From: an uncultured Victivallales bacterium | GTDB lineage: Bacteria > Verrucomicrobiota > Kiritimatiellia > UBA8416 > JABMPJ01 | DNA length: 54,809 nt | Direction: 5' to 3' | Assembly (NCBI GenBank): GCA_964345005.1 | Contig: CAYFPQ010000014.1 | Coordinates: 1 to 54,809, forward strand | Part shown: positions 11,481 to 19,908 of the stretch, in pieces | How the letters are laid out: each line of letters starts with the position of its first letter | Position numbering within the stretch: the first letter of the stretch is position 1 | Program-made: the position numbers and the translations under genes | Notes under the pieces: model-generated | What the model saw: the letters and a program-made list of their open reading frames with translations, nothing else | What the model was told of the DNA's origin: nothing | Database searches by the model: none

Positions 11481-12274
11481 GATTCAGTATCCGGATGTAC
11501 GTCGGTGTTCTCGATGATCTTCCATCGGTTGCTCTTCGGTCCGTTGGATGGCAGGCGGCTGTCTAGCGAACGCCACGCTCTACGATGGGAATGCAGCGTG
11601 GCATGAAGCTGATCCGTCTTGTTGTTCCATCCACACCGGTCAAGAAGCCACCCGACCCGTTGTAGTACGGCAATGCTGCAGCCATACTCCGGCAGGCTGG
11701 CCAATCTGTCAGGGTCGATCGTTTCGCCCAGCTCCGCAAAGACCGTCGCAGCCAGATCGGTCGAGGCACAACACCGCTCAAAGGCCACCACATCGTAGGC
11801 CGTCATCTCAGCACTACTGATACAGTAGTAACCGGCAGATGATTTCCGTTGCTCTATCAAGTCGCCTGCAATGTCCTTCTTGGAGCACACCTGCACCTTC
11901 ACGCTACCACACTTCACTGAGCGCACACTCCGATTCATCATGACTTGAAAGACGGCCGGTCGTTGGTGAGCAGCTCCGTGCATGGCCGCGGCGCTCAACC
12001 CACAGACGTAGTACTGCGCGCCAAGGAACTTCGCCCAGTCATCGATGAACCAAACAGGATCTAGCATTCCTGATGCCTGATGTTGTACGTCGAGAGCAAG
12101 GTAGAACCCTTTTGAGAAGGGAAGCACCCACCCATCTCGCTTCAGACGCTGGAGCATCATATTCAGCGCCTGACCACCAAGTCCCGTAGCCTCCGCCGCC
12201 TCCTTGAGCGTGAAGCTGAATCGCCCGCTCCCGAGGATGGCGCGCACGAAATCCAATCCTTTCTGCACTTTCAT
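11477..12274 (-). CDS. AbiEi-family antitoxin/transcriptional regulator (start taken at internal ATG 12274)
   Basis: N-terminal wHTH-like segment (FSFTLKEAAEATGLGGQALNMMLQRLKRDGWV). Operon position directly upstream of AbiEii. The longer ORF to 12400 has an implausible Arg/His-rich leader. Confidence 0.72.
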   Translation of the reverse strand: MKVQKGLDFVRAILGSGRFSFTLKEAAEATGLGGQALNMMLQRLKRDGWVLPFSKGFYLALDVQHQASGMLDPVWFIDDWAKFLGAQYYVCGLSAAAMHGAAHQRPAVFQVMMNRSVRSVKCGSVKVQVCSKKDIAGDLIEQRKSSAGYYCISSAEMTAYDVVAFERCCASTDLAATVFAELGETIDPDRLASLPEYGCSIAVLQRVGWLLDRCGWNNKTDQLHATLHSHRRAWRSLDSRLPSNGPKSNRWKIIENTDVHPDTES

Positions 12275-12315
12275 ACTCGACTTATAACGATAATGGTTAT
12301 AAATCGCAAGCATAT

Positions 12316-13342
12316 GTGTCGCGTTCCGGGAATGGTGCGCATGTCTGGACCTTCTTCGAAGAAGCCATTCCTGCCGTTCTTGCCCGGAAGTTGGGCGCAC
12401 ACATTCTCACCGTAACCATGGACTGTCGTCCTGATGTCGGCTTGGACTCCTACGACCGGTTCTTCCCCAACCAGGATACCTTGCCAAGAGGCGGACTGGG
12501 GAACCTGATCGCTCTGCCACTGCAGAAGCAACCAAGGGCCAACGACAATACCGTCTTTCTGGATAATAGTCTCACTCCGTGGCGGGACCAGTGGGCCTTT
12601 CTGTCAGGAGTGGCGAAACTCAGCAAGAATCGGTTAGACACAATTGTCGGTGGTGCAGAACGTAGCGGTAATGTCGTGGGCGTACGACTGGTATTCGACG
12701 ACGAGGATAGCGAATCGTCGTGGCTTGCACGGCCATCACGTCGACGCGCTCCCCCAGAGGTGCATGGGGCCCTCCCGAAGAAGATGGAAATGGTTCTCGG
12801 TAACGAGATCTACATCCCCAAGACGGATGTCTCACCATCGCTAAGGAACCGCCTATTACGCTTGGCAGCCTTTCAGAATCCAGAGTTCTACAAGGCTCAG
12901 GCCATGCGCCTACCTCCTTTCATTCACATGAGCCCGAGGAAGAGAACGCAGGCATTCAGTTTCACAAGCTATACCAGGCGTTGATGGTTGATGAGGCCCG
13001 CAATCAGCAGATTGTTGCAGACGTTACCGAGTCAGTGCGTGAAGGACGCAAGCCGGTAGTCCTGACTGAACGCCGTGAGCACCTGGAACTCCTGGCCGAA
13101 GCGCTGTCACCTGTCGTTCAGCACTTGATCGTTCTGAAGGGGGGCATGGGCAAGAAGAAGCTGGATGCTGCAATGACCCAGCTTGCCACCGTTCCAGAGG
13201 ACGAAGCTCGTGTGGTGCTTGCAACAGGACGCTATCTTGGTGAGGGATTCGATGATGCAAGACTCGATACGCTATTCTTGACGCTGCCCGTGTCATGGCG
13301 TGGAACGATCACCCAGTATGTCGGTCGACTGTGTGTCCTGGA
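12316..13342 (+). pseudogene. remnant of an AEP-primase / SF2-helicase fusion gene (5' truncated, internal deletion plus frameshift, 3' cut by att copy)
   Basis: Two frames. The first has GNGAHVWTFF...GLDSYDRFFPNQDTLPRGGLGNLIALPLQ (AEP-like). The second has FHKLYQALMVDEARNQ...PVVLTERREHL...ATGRYLGEGFDDARLDTLFLTLP (helicase C-domain). The ATP-binding core (motifs I-III) is absent. Reading runs straight into the tRNA fragment at 13343. Confidence 0.6.
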
Positions 13343-13388
13343 CTCACTCGTAATGAGCAGGTCGTCGGTTCGATCCCGACCGTTGGCT
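13343..13388 (+). repeat. att-like direct repeat: second copy of tRNA-Thr 3' half (lacks CCA)
   Basis: 46/46 identical by eye to 8564-8609. Confidence 0.85.
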
Positions 13389-13397
13389 TACCGCTCC

Positions 13398-13475
13398 GGA
13401 ACAGGGGTATCCTCTGGGCTGGAGCATTGCCTCGCTGCGCTTGGCCTGCTAGGCCTCAGAGGATACCCCTGTTCC
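13398..13475. repeat. perfect 19-bp inverted repeat with 40-nt spacer (hairpin or MITE-like unit)
   Basis: GGAACAGGGGTATCCTCTG (13398-13416) pairs with CAGAGGATACCCCTGTTCC (13457-13475). Flanked by CCGCTC on both sides. A related second unit follows to ~13560. Confidence 0.6.
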
Positions 13476-13644
13476 TCCGCTCTTGGTAGAGCCCCCTTGG
13501 CTGGAGTATTGCTTCGCGATAATAGGCCTGCGGGGGCGCACCCCCGCCTCCGCTCTCGGTTGATGAGGAAGCGTTCGATCTGCCAGGCTTCGGCAAACAC
13601 CTGTGCTCATCCGCATCTGGTTGCCTGCCAATGCCCTTGCATAG

Positions 13645-14649
13645 TTGGGGCTAGACGATCAATATACGCCTTCTGTGGAAACGACGCCTGATTTTGCGCA
13701 TTTGTTGCCGGATGTCATGCTCGATGCTGTCGAGGATGCGCTGGGCTGTCGCATGAGCGGATTGGCCACGCCTTTGCCGAGCTATATCAACCGGGTCTAC
13801 GAGGTCCAGACGATGGAAGGCGAGCGTCTCATCGCCAAGTTCTACCGGCCGGGCCGGTGGTCACGCGAGGCGATCGAGGAGGAACACGCCTTCACGCTCG
13901 ATTGCGCCGCTGACGAGATCCCGGTTGTACCACCTATGGAATTGCCCTCGGGGGACACGCTGCACGAAGTGGACGGTATATGCTTTGCGGTGTTTGCCAA
14001 ACGTATGGGACGTCAGTTTGAATTGCGGTCGCGCACCGACTGGCTGCGCGTGGGACGCTTGCTTGGACGTCTTCATGTGGCCGGCCAGCGACAAGATGCG
14101 GTGCACCGCACGAACTTACATCCGGAAGAATCGACCGCTTCTCACATCGACTACCTTGTCGATAACGACATCGTCGCTCTGGCCCACCGGGCGGCGTTCG
14201 AGGATGTGGCCGACACCATACTTGATGAGATCTGTGGGTGCTTTGACGACGCGGCGTTCATTCGTATACATGGCGACTGTCATGGCGGCAATATCCTGAC
14301 GCGCCCGGGTGAAGGTCTCATGATGATCGACTTTGATGACATGATGGTCGGCCCACCTGTACAGGATCTGTGGCTCCTTCTTCCCGGTACGGTAGAGGAG
14401 TGCCGCTTCGAGATTGATCTGCTCCTGCGCGGTTATGAGCAGTTCTGCGAATTTGACGACACCTCGCTGTGTCTCGTTGAACCGCTACGCGTCATGCGCA
14501 TGATCTACTATCTGGCATGGTGCGCTCATCAAGTCGACGACTACAAGTTTCGTCATGACAATCCGCAGTGGGGCAGCGACGCGTTTTGGAAGCAGGAAAC
14601 GGTCGACCTCGTCGCTCAACTCCAGGTCATTCGCAATCTGTCGAATTGA
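13645..14649 (+). CDS. SrkA/YihE-like Ser/Thr kinase (aminoglycoside-phosphotransferase fold)
   Basis: 334 aa, TTG start. IHGDCHGGNIL catalytic loop and IDFDD metal-binding motif. Confidence 0.8.
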   Translation: MGLDDQYTPSVETTPDFAHLLPDVMLDAVEDALGCRMSGLATPLPSYINRVYEVQTMEGERLIAKFYRPGRWSREAIEEEHAFTLDCAADEIPVVPPMELPSGDTLHEVDGICFAVFAKRMGRQFELRSRTDWLRVGRLLGRLHVAGQRQDAVHRTNLHPEESTASHIDYLVDNDIVALAHRAAFEDVADTILDEICGCFDDAAFIRIHGDCHGGNILTRPGEGLMMIDFDDMMVGPPVQDLWLLLPGTVEECRFEIDLLLRGYEQFCEFDDTSLCLVEPLRVMRMIYYLAWCAHQVDDYKFRHDNPQWGSDAFWKQETVDLVAQLQVIRNLSN

Positions 14650-14657
14650 CGCCGATC

Positions 14658-14999
14658 ATGCTACGCGTCGTTGACCGGGCCAGGATATTCCGCTACGGCC
14701 TCTTGCTGCTCTCCGGTTGGTTTGCACTATTGAGCCCGATTGTGGCACCCGAAGAACGCGGCAGATTCTTTGGCCGGTTGCGCTTGTCTTGGACCGTTGT
14801 AGCCATCGTCTTTGCTGGCATCTGTGCGCTCTTTCTTTCGCAGGACACCCCTGTGGTCTATTTTCAAGCCATCATTTTCCTGATTGCTATCGGATCGTTT
14901 GTGCGGATTCTGAGCTATCGGAAGCTTCCTGAAAAGGGTATTGGCCGGGATGGGGATAAGTCTGCAGGTGCTGATCGGCGCGCATGCGTTCTAGAATGA
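14658..14999 (+). CDS. small 3-TM membrane ORF, possibly an MFS-type fragment
   Basis: ATG at 14658 inside track ORF 14568-14999. Hydrophobic helices. Its 3' end overlaps the convergent IMPase gene by ~113 nt, so it may be a relic. Confidence 0.3.
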   Translation: MLRVVDRARIFRYGLLLLSGWFALLSPIVAPEERGRFFGRLRLSWTVVAIVFAGICALFLSQDTPVVYFQAIIFLIAIGSFVRILSYRKLPEKGIGRDGDKSAGADRRACVLE

Positions 15000-15747
15000 C
15001 GTCGTGCAGGAAGCCGTTGGATAGGATGATCGAGCCGTTGTGGACGGTGCGGTTTCCCTCGATGTCACTGTAAGTGCCCCCGGCCTCAACGACAATGCAG
15101 GCAGCGGCGGCACAGTCCCAGGCTTTGTCGAGCAGGTTCACACAGAGGTCAATACGTCCTGCTGCTACACAGCCATAACTGTAGTTATCCATGAAGCCGT
15201 AGGCGTAATTCCATTCGCTCATGGCGACAAGAAGCTGTTTGCCGATGGGCTCGTCCTTCCGCTCCACCTGCCCGAGCCCGCTGCCCATGGCCCGATCCAG
15301 TTGGCGGGTGTCGGAGACGTGAATAGGTTGGTCGTTCAGGAACGCACCACCACCGCGAGACGCACCGTAGGTTTCTCCCAGGCCGGGAAAATGCATGACA
15401 CCCACGACCGGCTCTCCCTCTACTTCGAGCGCGATGAGACATGCATACGTGGGGATGCCGCGAATGAAGGGACGTGTTCCGTCGAGCGGATCGACGATCC
15501 AAGTGCGACCGCTTGTTCCGTCGTGCGTTCCGGTCTCCTCACCCAGAAAGCCATCGCCGGGGAAGGCATCGCGCAGCCCCTTCAGAATAAGGTCTTCGCA
15601 GGCACGGTCCACAGCGGTAACGGGTGAGTCGTCCGCCTTCCGTTCTATATCGAGCGTTCCCTGCTGTGCGGCAAGCTGGATCTCCCCTGCTTGCTGTGCC
15701 AGCTCAATGGCCACCTTCAGTTCTGCTGCATAGTTCATAGGTGACAC
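14887..15747 (-). CDS. inositol monophosphatase family protein
   Basis: 286 aa. DSPVTAVD, WIVDPLDGT and WDCAAA motifs. Has a ~28-aa C-terminal tail beyond the usual family end. Confidence 0.85.
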   Translation of the reverse strand: MSPMNYAAELKVAIELAQQAGEIQLAAQQGTLDIERKADDSPVTAVDRACEDLILKGLRDAFPGDGFLGEETGTHDGTSGRTWIVDPLDGTRPFIRGIPTYACLIALEVEGEPVVGVMHFPGLGETYGASRGGGAFLNDQPIHVSDTRQLDRAMGSGLGQVERKDEPIGKQLLVAMSEWNYAYGFMDNYSYGCVAAGRIDLCVNLLDKAWDCAAAACIVVEAGGTYSDIEGNRTVHNGSIILSNGFLHDVILERMRADQHLQTYPHPGQYPFQEASDSSESAQTIR

Positions 15748-15784
15748 TCTACACGTGCCCTACGGCATGAAACAAGCCCGTAGC

Positions 15785-16732
15785 CTACGCTGTGAAGAGA
15801 TCGCCCTGGCGGCGGTTGGTGGTTTGCATGCGCTGCTCTACCATATGGATGAAGGAGCCCTTCTTCAGGCGCCAGTGGGGAGCAATAAGGTCTTCTGCCG
15901 GGGTGTCGGTGTTGATGCGCAGGATGGCCATGTGCGGGGGGAGGTGTTGGATGAACCCGATCAGTTCCTCGGCGTAGTCGTCCTCGTCCATCAACGGGAA
16001 CGGCGCTACCCGATACTCCTTCGCGAGGGCCGTGTCGTGGATGATGTGAAGGTTGTGGATCTTCACGCCGTCTAACGGGAGCTGTGCCAGCGCGTCAGCG
16101 GTCTGGGCATAATGCTCGGGAGTCTCGCCGGGCAGGCCGAGAATGACGTGGGCGATTATACGAATACCGCGTGAGGTGAGTGCGTCGATGGCAGCACGGC
16201 TCTCGGCCCAGTGATGATCGCGCCGGATGCGGTCGAGCGTGGCGTCGTGAATCGTCTGCACGCCCAGCTCCACGATCACGTCGACCTCCTGTTTGAACTC
16301 GCTCAGCAGGTCCAATGTTGATTCCGGCAAACAGTCCGGGCGCGTCCCGATGCTGAATGATTCAAAGGGATAGCTGGCCAGCACGCGCCGGTACTGCACT
16401 TCCTGTTCGCCTAAGCCGGCATGTGTGCCGGTGTAGGCTTGGATGTAGGCCATGAAGTACTCGACCCCATACCGCTCGCGTGCGAAGTCGACACCGGCCT
16501 TCACTTGGGCATCGATATCAATTTTCCCGGTGATCTGCATTCCGCGTGCGCCGTCGCCGGGACAGAACGTACACCCGCCTGCTCCGTCGTCGTCGCGGTT
16601 GGGGCATCCCCAGCCGAGATCGATCGGCACGCGATAGACCCGGTGGCCGTACGTATCGATCAGGTACTGTTTATAGGTGTAATAAGGGGATGACACGTCG
16701 CTCAACGGTATCGCCAGCACACCGGAAAGCAA
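15785..16732 (-). CDS. TIGR01212-type radical SAM protein
   Basis: 315 aa. GCPNRDDDGAGGCTFC cluster motif near the N-terminus. Overall YtqA/YhcC-like layout. Confidence 0.82.
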   Translation of the reverse strand: MLSGVLAIPLSDVSSPYYTYKQYLIDTYGHRVYRVPIDLGWGCPNRDDDGAGGCTFCPGDGARGMQITGKIDIDAQVKAGVDFARERYGVEYFMAYIQAYTGTHAGLGEQEVQYRRVLASYPFESFSIGTRPDCLPESTLDLLSEFKQEVDVIVELGVQTIHDATLDRIRRDHHWAESRAAIDALTSRGIRIIAHVILGLPGETPEHYAQTADALAQLPLDGVKIHNLHIIHDTALAKEYRVAPFPLMDEDDYAEELIGFIQHLPPHMAILRINTDTPAEDLIAPHWRLKKGSFIHMVEQRMQTTNRRQGDLFTA

Positions 16733-16762
16733 GGGGGAATTGCTTCCCGGCGGTACAGCGCC

Positions 16763-18127
16763 TCAAGCGTCGAGGTACATCTCGAAGTCGATGTTACTCG
16801 GGCGGGCGCGGTATTGCTGACACTCCTCACGTTTTGACGATAGGAAGTTGCTGTAGATATGCTTACCCAGGGCGTCCTGGAGAACCGTGTCCTGCTCGAG
16901 GTGATCGAGCGCCTCTTCGAGGGATCCCGGTAGCGTGGCGATGTCACCGGCGTCATGGAAGAGATCGCGTTCGGTTGCCTTGCCGGGGTCGAGCTGGCGC
17001 TTAATGCCATCCAATCCGGCGGCAAGTGTTACCGCAAACACGAGATAGGGATTGCAGCTTGGGTCCGGCGAGCGATATTCGGCGCGTGTGGCACGCGGAT
17101 CTCCGTGTGGCACGCGGATCAGGGCGGTACGATTCTTCCGTCCCCACGCGATGTTCACCGGGGCTTCCCAGCCCGGTACAAGGCGCTTGTAGCTGTTGCA
17201 GATGGGGTTGGTGATGGCTGTGATGGCGGGCGCGTGTTCGATTAGCCCCCCTATGAACCAGAGCGACAGGTCGGACAGGTCATCCTTCTCGGGATCGTAG
17301 AACAGGTTGGTCTTTGTCGGTTTCTTACCGCCTTGGCTTTCGTACATCGAGAGGTTGAGGTGGCAATGCATCCCGCTCCCGTTCATACCGAAGAAGGGCT
17401 TGGGCATGAAGGTAGCAACCATGTCGTTGTGGCTCGCGTAGTTGCGGATGATATCCTTAAGGGTGATCGCCGCGTCGGCAATCTCGAGTGCTTCACCATA
17501 GCGGAAATCGAACTCAAACTGCGAGGGTGCCACTTCGTGGTGGTAGACCTCGTATTTGATCCCCATCTGGTTCATTGCTTCCATGACCTCGGTCAGGAAC
17601 CTCCGCATCGATGCAGTGGGGGCGTCGAAATAGCCCAGACTGTCGATATGTCCGTGGTCTCCATCCAGCACGAAGAACTCAAGCTCGGGCGCCACGTGAT
17701 ACTGAAATGAGACGTCTCCTTCAGGAACGCCGTACTGTCCGCGCAGGGCTTCCGGAATCCGGTCGAGCATGAGCCTGAGCGCGGAACGGGAATCGCCCTC
17801 GAACGGGACCGGGTTGCCTTCAGGGGAGGGCGTGTGGATATCGCAGATCACGCGTGACACATCGGGCGCCCAGGGGACAGCGCCGAAAGTATTGGGATCC
17901 GGCATGATAAGAAGATCCGATTCTTCAACCGGCACGCCGTATCCGTCGATAGAAGAACCGTCCACGCCGTACCCCTTCAGGTACTCTTTCTCGTGCACGA
18001 ATTCGTCAAACGAAACGGTCTTGAACTTGATATTGCCGAAGATATCGACGAACTGGAGATCAACGGTACGAATACCCTTTTCCGCGGCCGCTGCGAGCTT
18101 GTCAACAAAGGTCCCATCTTTGCCCAT
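16763..18127 (-). CDS. glnA: glutamine synthetase type I
   Basis: 454 aa. FVDIFG N-terminal beta-grasp, HHEVAPSQFE, NGSGMHCHLN motifs. Confidence 0.93.
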   Translation of the reverse strand: MGKDGTFVDKLAAAAEKGIRTVDLQFVDIFGNIKFKTVSFDEFVHEKEYLKGYGVDGSSIDGYGVPVEESDLLIMPDPNTFGAVPWAPDVSRVICDIHTPSPEGNPVPFEGDSRSALRLMLDRIPEALRGQYGVPEGDVSFQYHVAPELEFFVLDGDHGHIDSLGYFDAPTASMRRFLTEVMEAMNQMGIKYEVYHHEVAPSQFEFDFRYGEALEIADAAITLKDIIRNYASHNDMVATFMPKPFFGMNGSGMHCHLNLSMYESQGGKKPTKTNLFYDPEKDDLSDLSLWFIGGLIEHAPAITAITNPICNSYKRLVPGWEAPVNIAWGRKNRTALIRVPHGDPRATRAEYRSPDPSCNPYLVFAVTLAAGLDGIKRQLDPGKATERDLFHDAGDIATLPGSLEEALDHLEQDTVLQDALGKHIYSNFLSSKREECQQYRARPSNIDFEMYLDA

Positions 18128-18228
18128 GAGTTGTCCCTCCTTTGGCTCGGAGCATAGCGAGCCACTTGAGAAGTAGAAAGCCGTTTCTCACCTTTTCACT
18201 CTCCCGCTTGCTCGCTACTATCGTTCGC

Positions 18229-19848
18229 ATGAACCACCTCGACTGGATCATTGTCGCCTTCTACATGGTCGGTATGGTGTTTCTCTCGGCCTTGGTCGGG
18301 CGTTCGCAGAAGCACGAGCGCGACTACTATCTCGGTGGCAACCGGATGCATTTCTGGACGATCGGTATCTCCACCATGGCAACCCAGTGCTCGACGAACA
18401 GCCTGCTGGGCGCGCCGGCGTTCGTGATCGCCTCGGGTGGCCTGCTGTGGCTGCAGTACGAATTGGCCGTCCCGCTCGCCATGGTGGGCATCATGCTCTT
18501 CCTGTTACCGTTCTTCCGGCGCCGCAACGTGGTGTCGGTCTATGAGTATCTCGAGCACCGATTCGGCGTTGTAAGTCGCACGCTACTCTCGGTGTTGTTT
18601 CAGTTCCTGCGGGCTTTCTCGACCGGGGTTACCGTCTATGGCATTTCACTGGTGATCCAGAAGCTCGTGGGCATTCCGTTCTGGGCGGCCGTGCTCTGTC
18701 TGGGTGCAATCACGGTGCTCTACGATTTACTTGGCGGCATTCGTGCCGTGGTCTACTCCGACGTCATCCAGATGGTGGTGCTCTATGCTGGTATCGCCGT
18801 CTGTCTCGTGTATGCGCTGAACCTGGTGGGGGGATGGTCGGCCATGTGGTCGGCTTTCCCCGCCGCACAGGCCCGCACGCTTGATTTCAGTGGGCACGGG
18901 CTGGGTGACGGTAAGACCTTCGCCTTCTGGCCGATGCTGCTCGGGGGCTTCTTTCTCTATATGAGTTACTACGGCTGCGATCAGACGCAGGTGCAGCGGG
19001 AGCTCTCCGCCCGTAGCGTGGACGACACCAACATGTCGCTCTTTCTGAATGGGCTCTTGCGCTTTCCTCTGGTGATTACGTATTGCCTGGTGGGCGTCGC
19101 GATCGCCGCCTATGTTGCGCTCCACCCCGAGTTTCTACAGGCCATCGCCGATCCCGATACCGGTGCGACCAACTACAACCTCGCCGTACCGGCTTTCTGT
19201 CTCGCGTTCCTGCCGCACGGTGTGATCGGGCTGATCATTGTCGCCCTCTTCGCTGCGGCCATGTCGTCGCTCGACTCCACGATTAACTCGCTTTCCGCGA
19301 CGACCATGCGCGACGTCGTGGAACGGTTCTTTGTGAGGCAGAAGCTGTCCGCATCCGCATCGCTGCTCTGGTCGCGCCTGGCAACTGTGTTCTGGGGGGT
19401 GCTGTGTGTGGCGTTTTCCTTCTTCGTTGGATCGATCTCGGACACAATCATAGAATCCATCAACAAGATCGGGTCGCTAATCAACGGTCCCATTCTCGCG
19501 ACCTTCCTGCTGGCCACACTCACGCGGCGGACGAATGACCTGGGGGTTTCGGTTGGCATCATAGCCGGATTCGTGGTGAATCTTCTGCTGTGGAAGTATG
19601 CGCCGGGCGTTTCGTGGCTCTGGTGGAATGTGATTGGCTGCTTCATCACCGGCGGGGTCGGCTACGCGGTTAGTGTGCTCGCGCCGGGAGGCGTGAGGCC
19701 GGGCGTCGAGGTGTTGGTCTGGCACCGCGACGCGAGCACGTTCTTTGAGTACAAACGGCGCTGGCCACGCTACCAGCTTGTGCTGGTTCTGTACTTTGTG
19801 GTGTTGCTCGTCGTACTATGGGCGATCCAACAGTGGATCGCCGGTTGA
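18229..19848 (+). CDS. sodium:solute symporter (SSF) family transporter
   Basis: Start at ATG 18229 (MNHLDWIIVAFYM...). Polytopic, with SSF-like GGNRM...STMATQ segment. Confidence 0.85.
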   Translation: MNHLDWIIVAFYMVGMVFLSALVGRSQKHERDYYLGGNRMHFWTIGISTMATQCSTNSLLGAPAFVIASGGLLWLQYELAVPLAMVGIMLFLLPFFRRRNVVSVYEYLEHRFGVVSRTLLSVLFQFLRAFSTGVTVYGISLVIQKLVGIPFWAAVLCLGAITVLYDLLGGIRAVVYSDVIQMVVLYAGIAVCLVYALNLVGGWSAMWSAFPAAQARTLDFSGHGLGDGKTFAFWPMLLGGFFLYMSYYGCDQTQVQRELSARSVDDTNMSLFLNGLLRFPLVITYCLVGVAIAAYVALHPEFLQAIADPDTGATNYNLAVPAFCLAFLPHGVIGLIIVALFAAAMSSLDSTINSLSATTMRDVVERFFVRQKLSASASLLWSRLATVFWGVLCVAFSFFVGSISDTIIESINKIGSLINGPILATFLLATLTRRTNDLGVSVGIIAGFVVNLLLWKYAPGVSWLWWNVIGCFITGGVGYAVSVLAPGGVRPGVEVLVWHRDASTFFEYKRRWPRYQLVLVLYFVVLLVVLWAIQQWIAG

Positions 19849-19908
19849 GCGGCACGGGCAGCATCATCAGGACGTTCGCGCACAACTTGAAGCAGATAAC
19901 GGAGTGAG

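Larger units (their letters stand above)
8613..13388 (+). mobile_element. two tandem, decayed tRNA-Thr-integrated islands (A 8613-10560, B 10561-13388), no integrase left
   Basis: Bounded by the intact tRNA and two direct copies of its 3' half. AT-rich junctions. Cargo is Fic, AbiEi/AbiEii and a primase-helicase remnant. No recombinase-like ORF on either strand. Confidence 0.55.

Noticed and set aside
12981-13691. 236-aa ORF taken at face value as an intact helicase-like protein.
   Set aside because: Only the first ~120 codons are helicase-like. The rest is translation of the tRNA fragment, the hairpin repeats and the promoter region of the next gene. Treated as part of a pseudogene.
14887-14999. 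113-nt convergent overlap between the IMPase 3' extension and the small membrane ORF, considered as a functional overlapping-gene arrangement.
   Set aside because: The IMPase tail (DQHLQTYPHPGQYPFQEASDSSESAQTIR) lies beyond the usual family end and looks like read-through after stop loss. The membrane ORF itself may be a relic. No evidence of selection on both frames.
17085-17119. 16-nt direct repeat GTGTGGCACGCGGATC (twice, 19-nt offset) containing TGGCAC, considered as a sigma-54 or regulatory element.
   Set aside because: It lies inside glnA coding sequence on the opposite strand (encodes ...IRVPHGDPRATRA...). No TTGC follows at the right spacing, and the offset is not a codon multiple. 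Judged coincidental.
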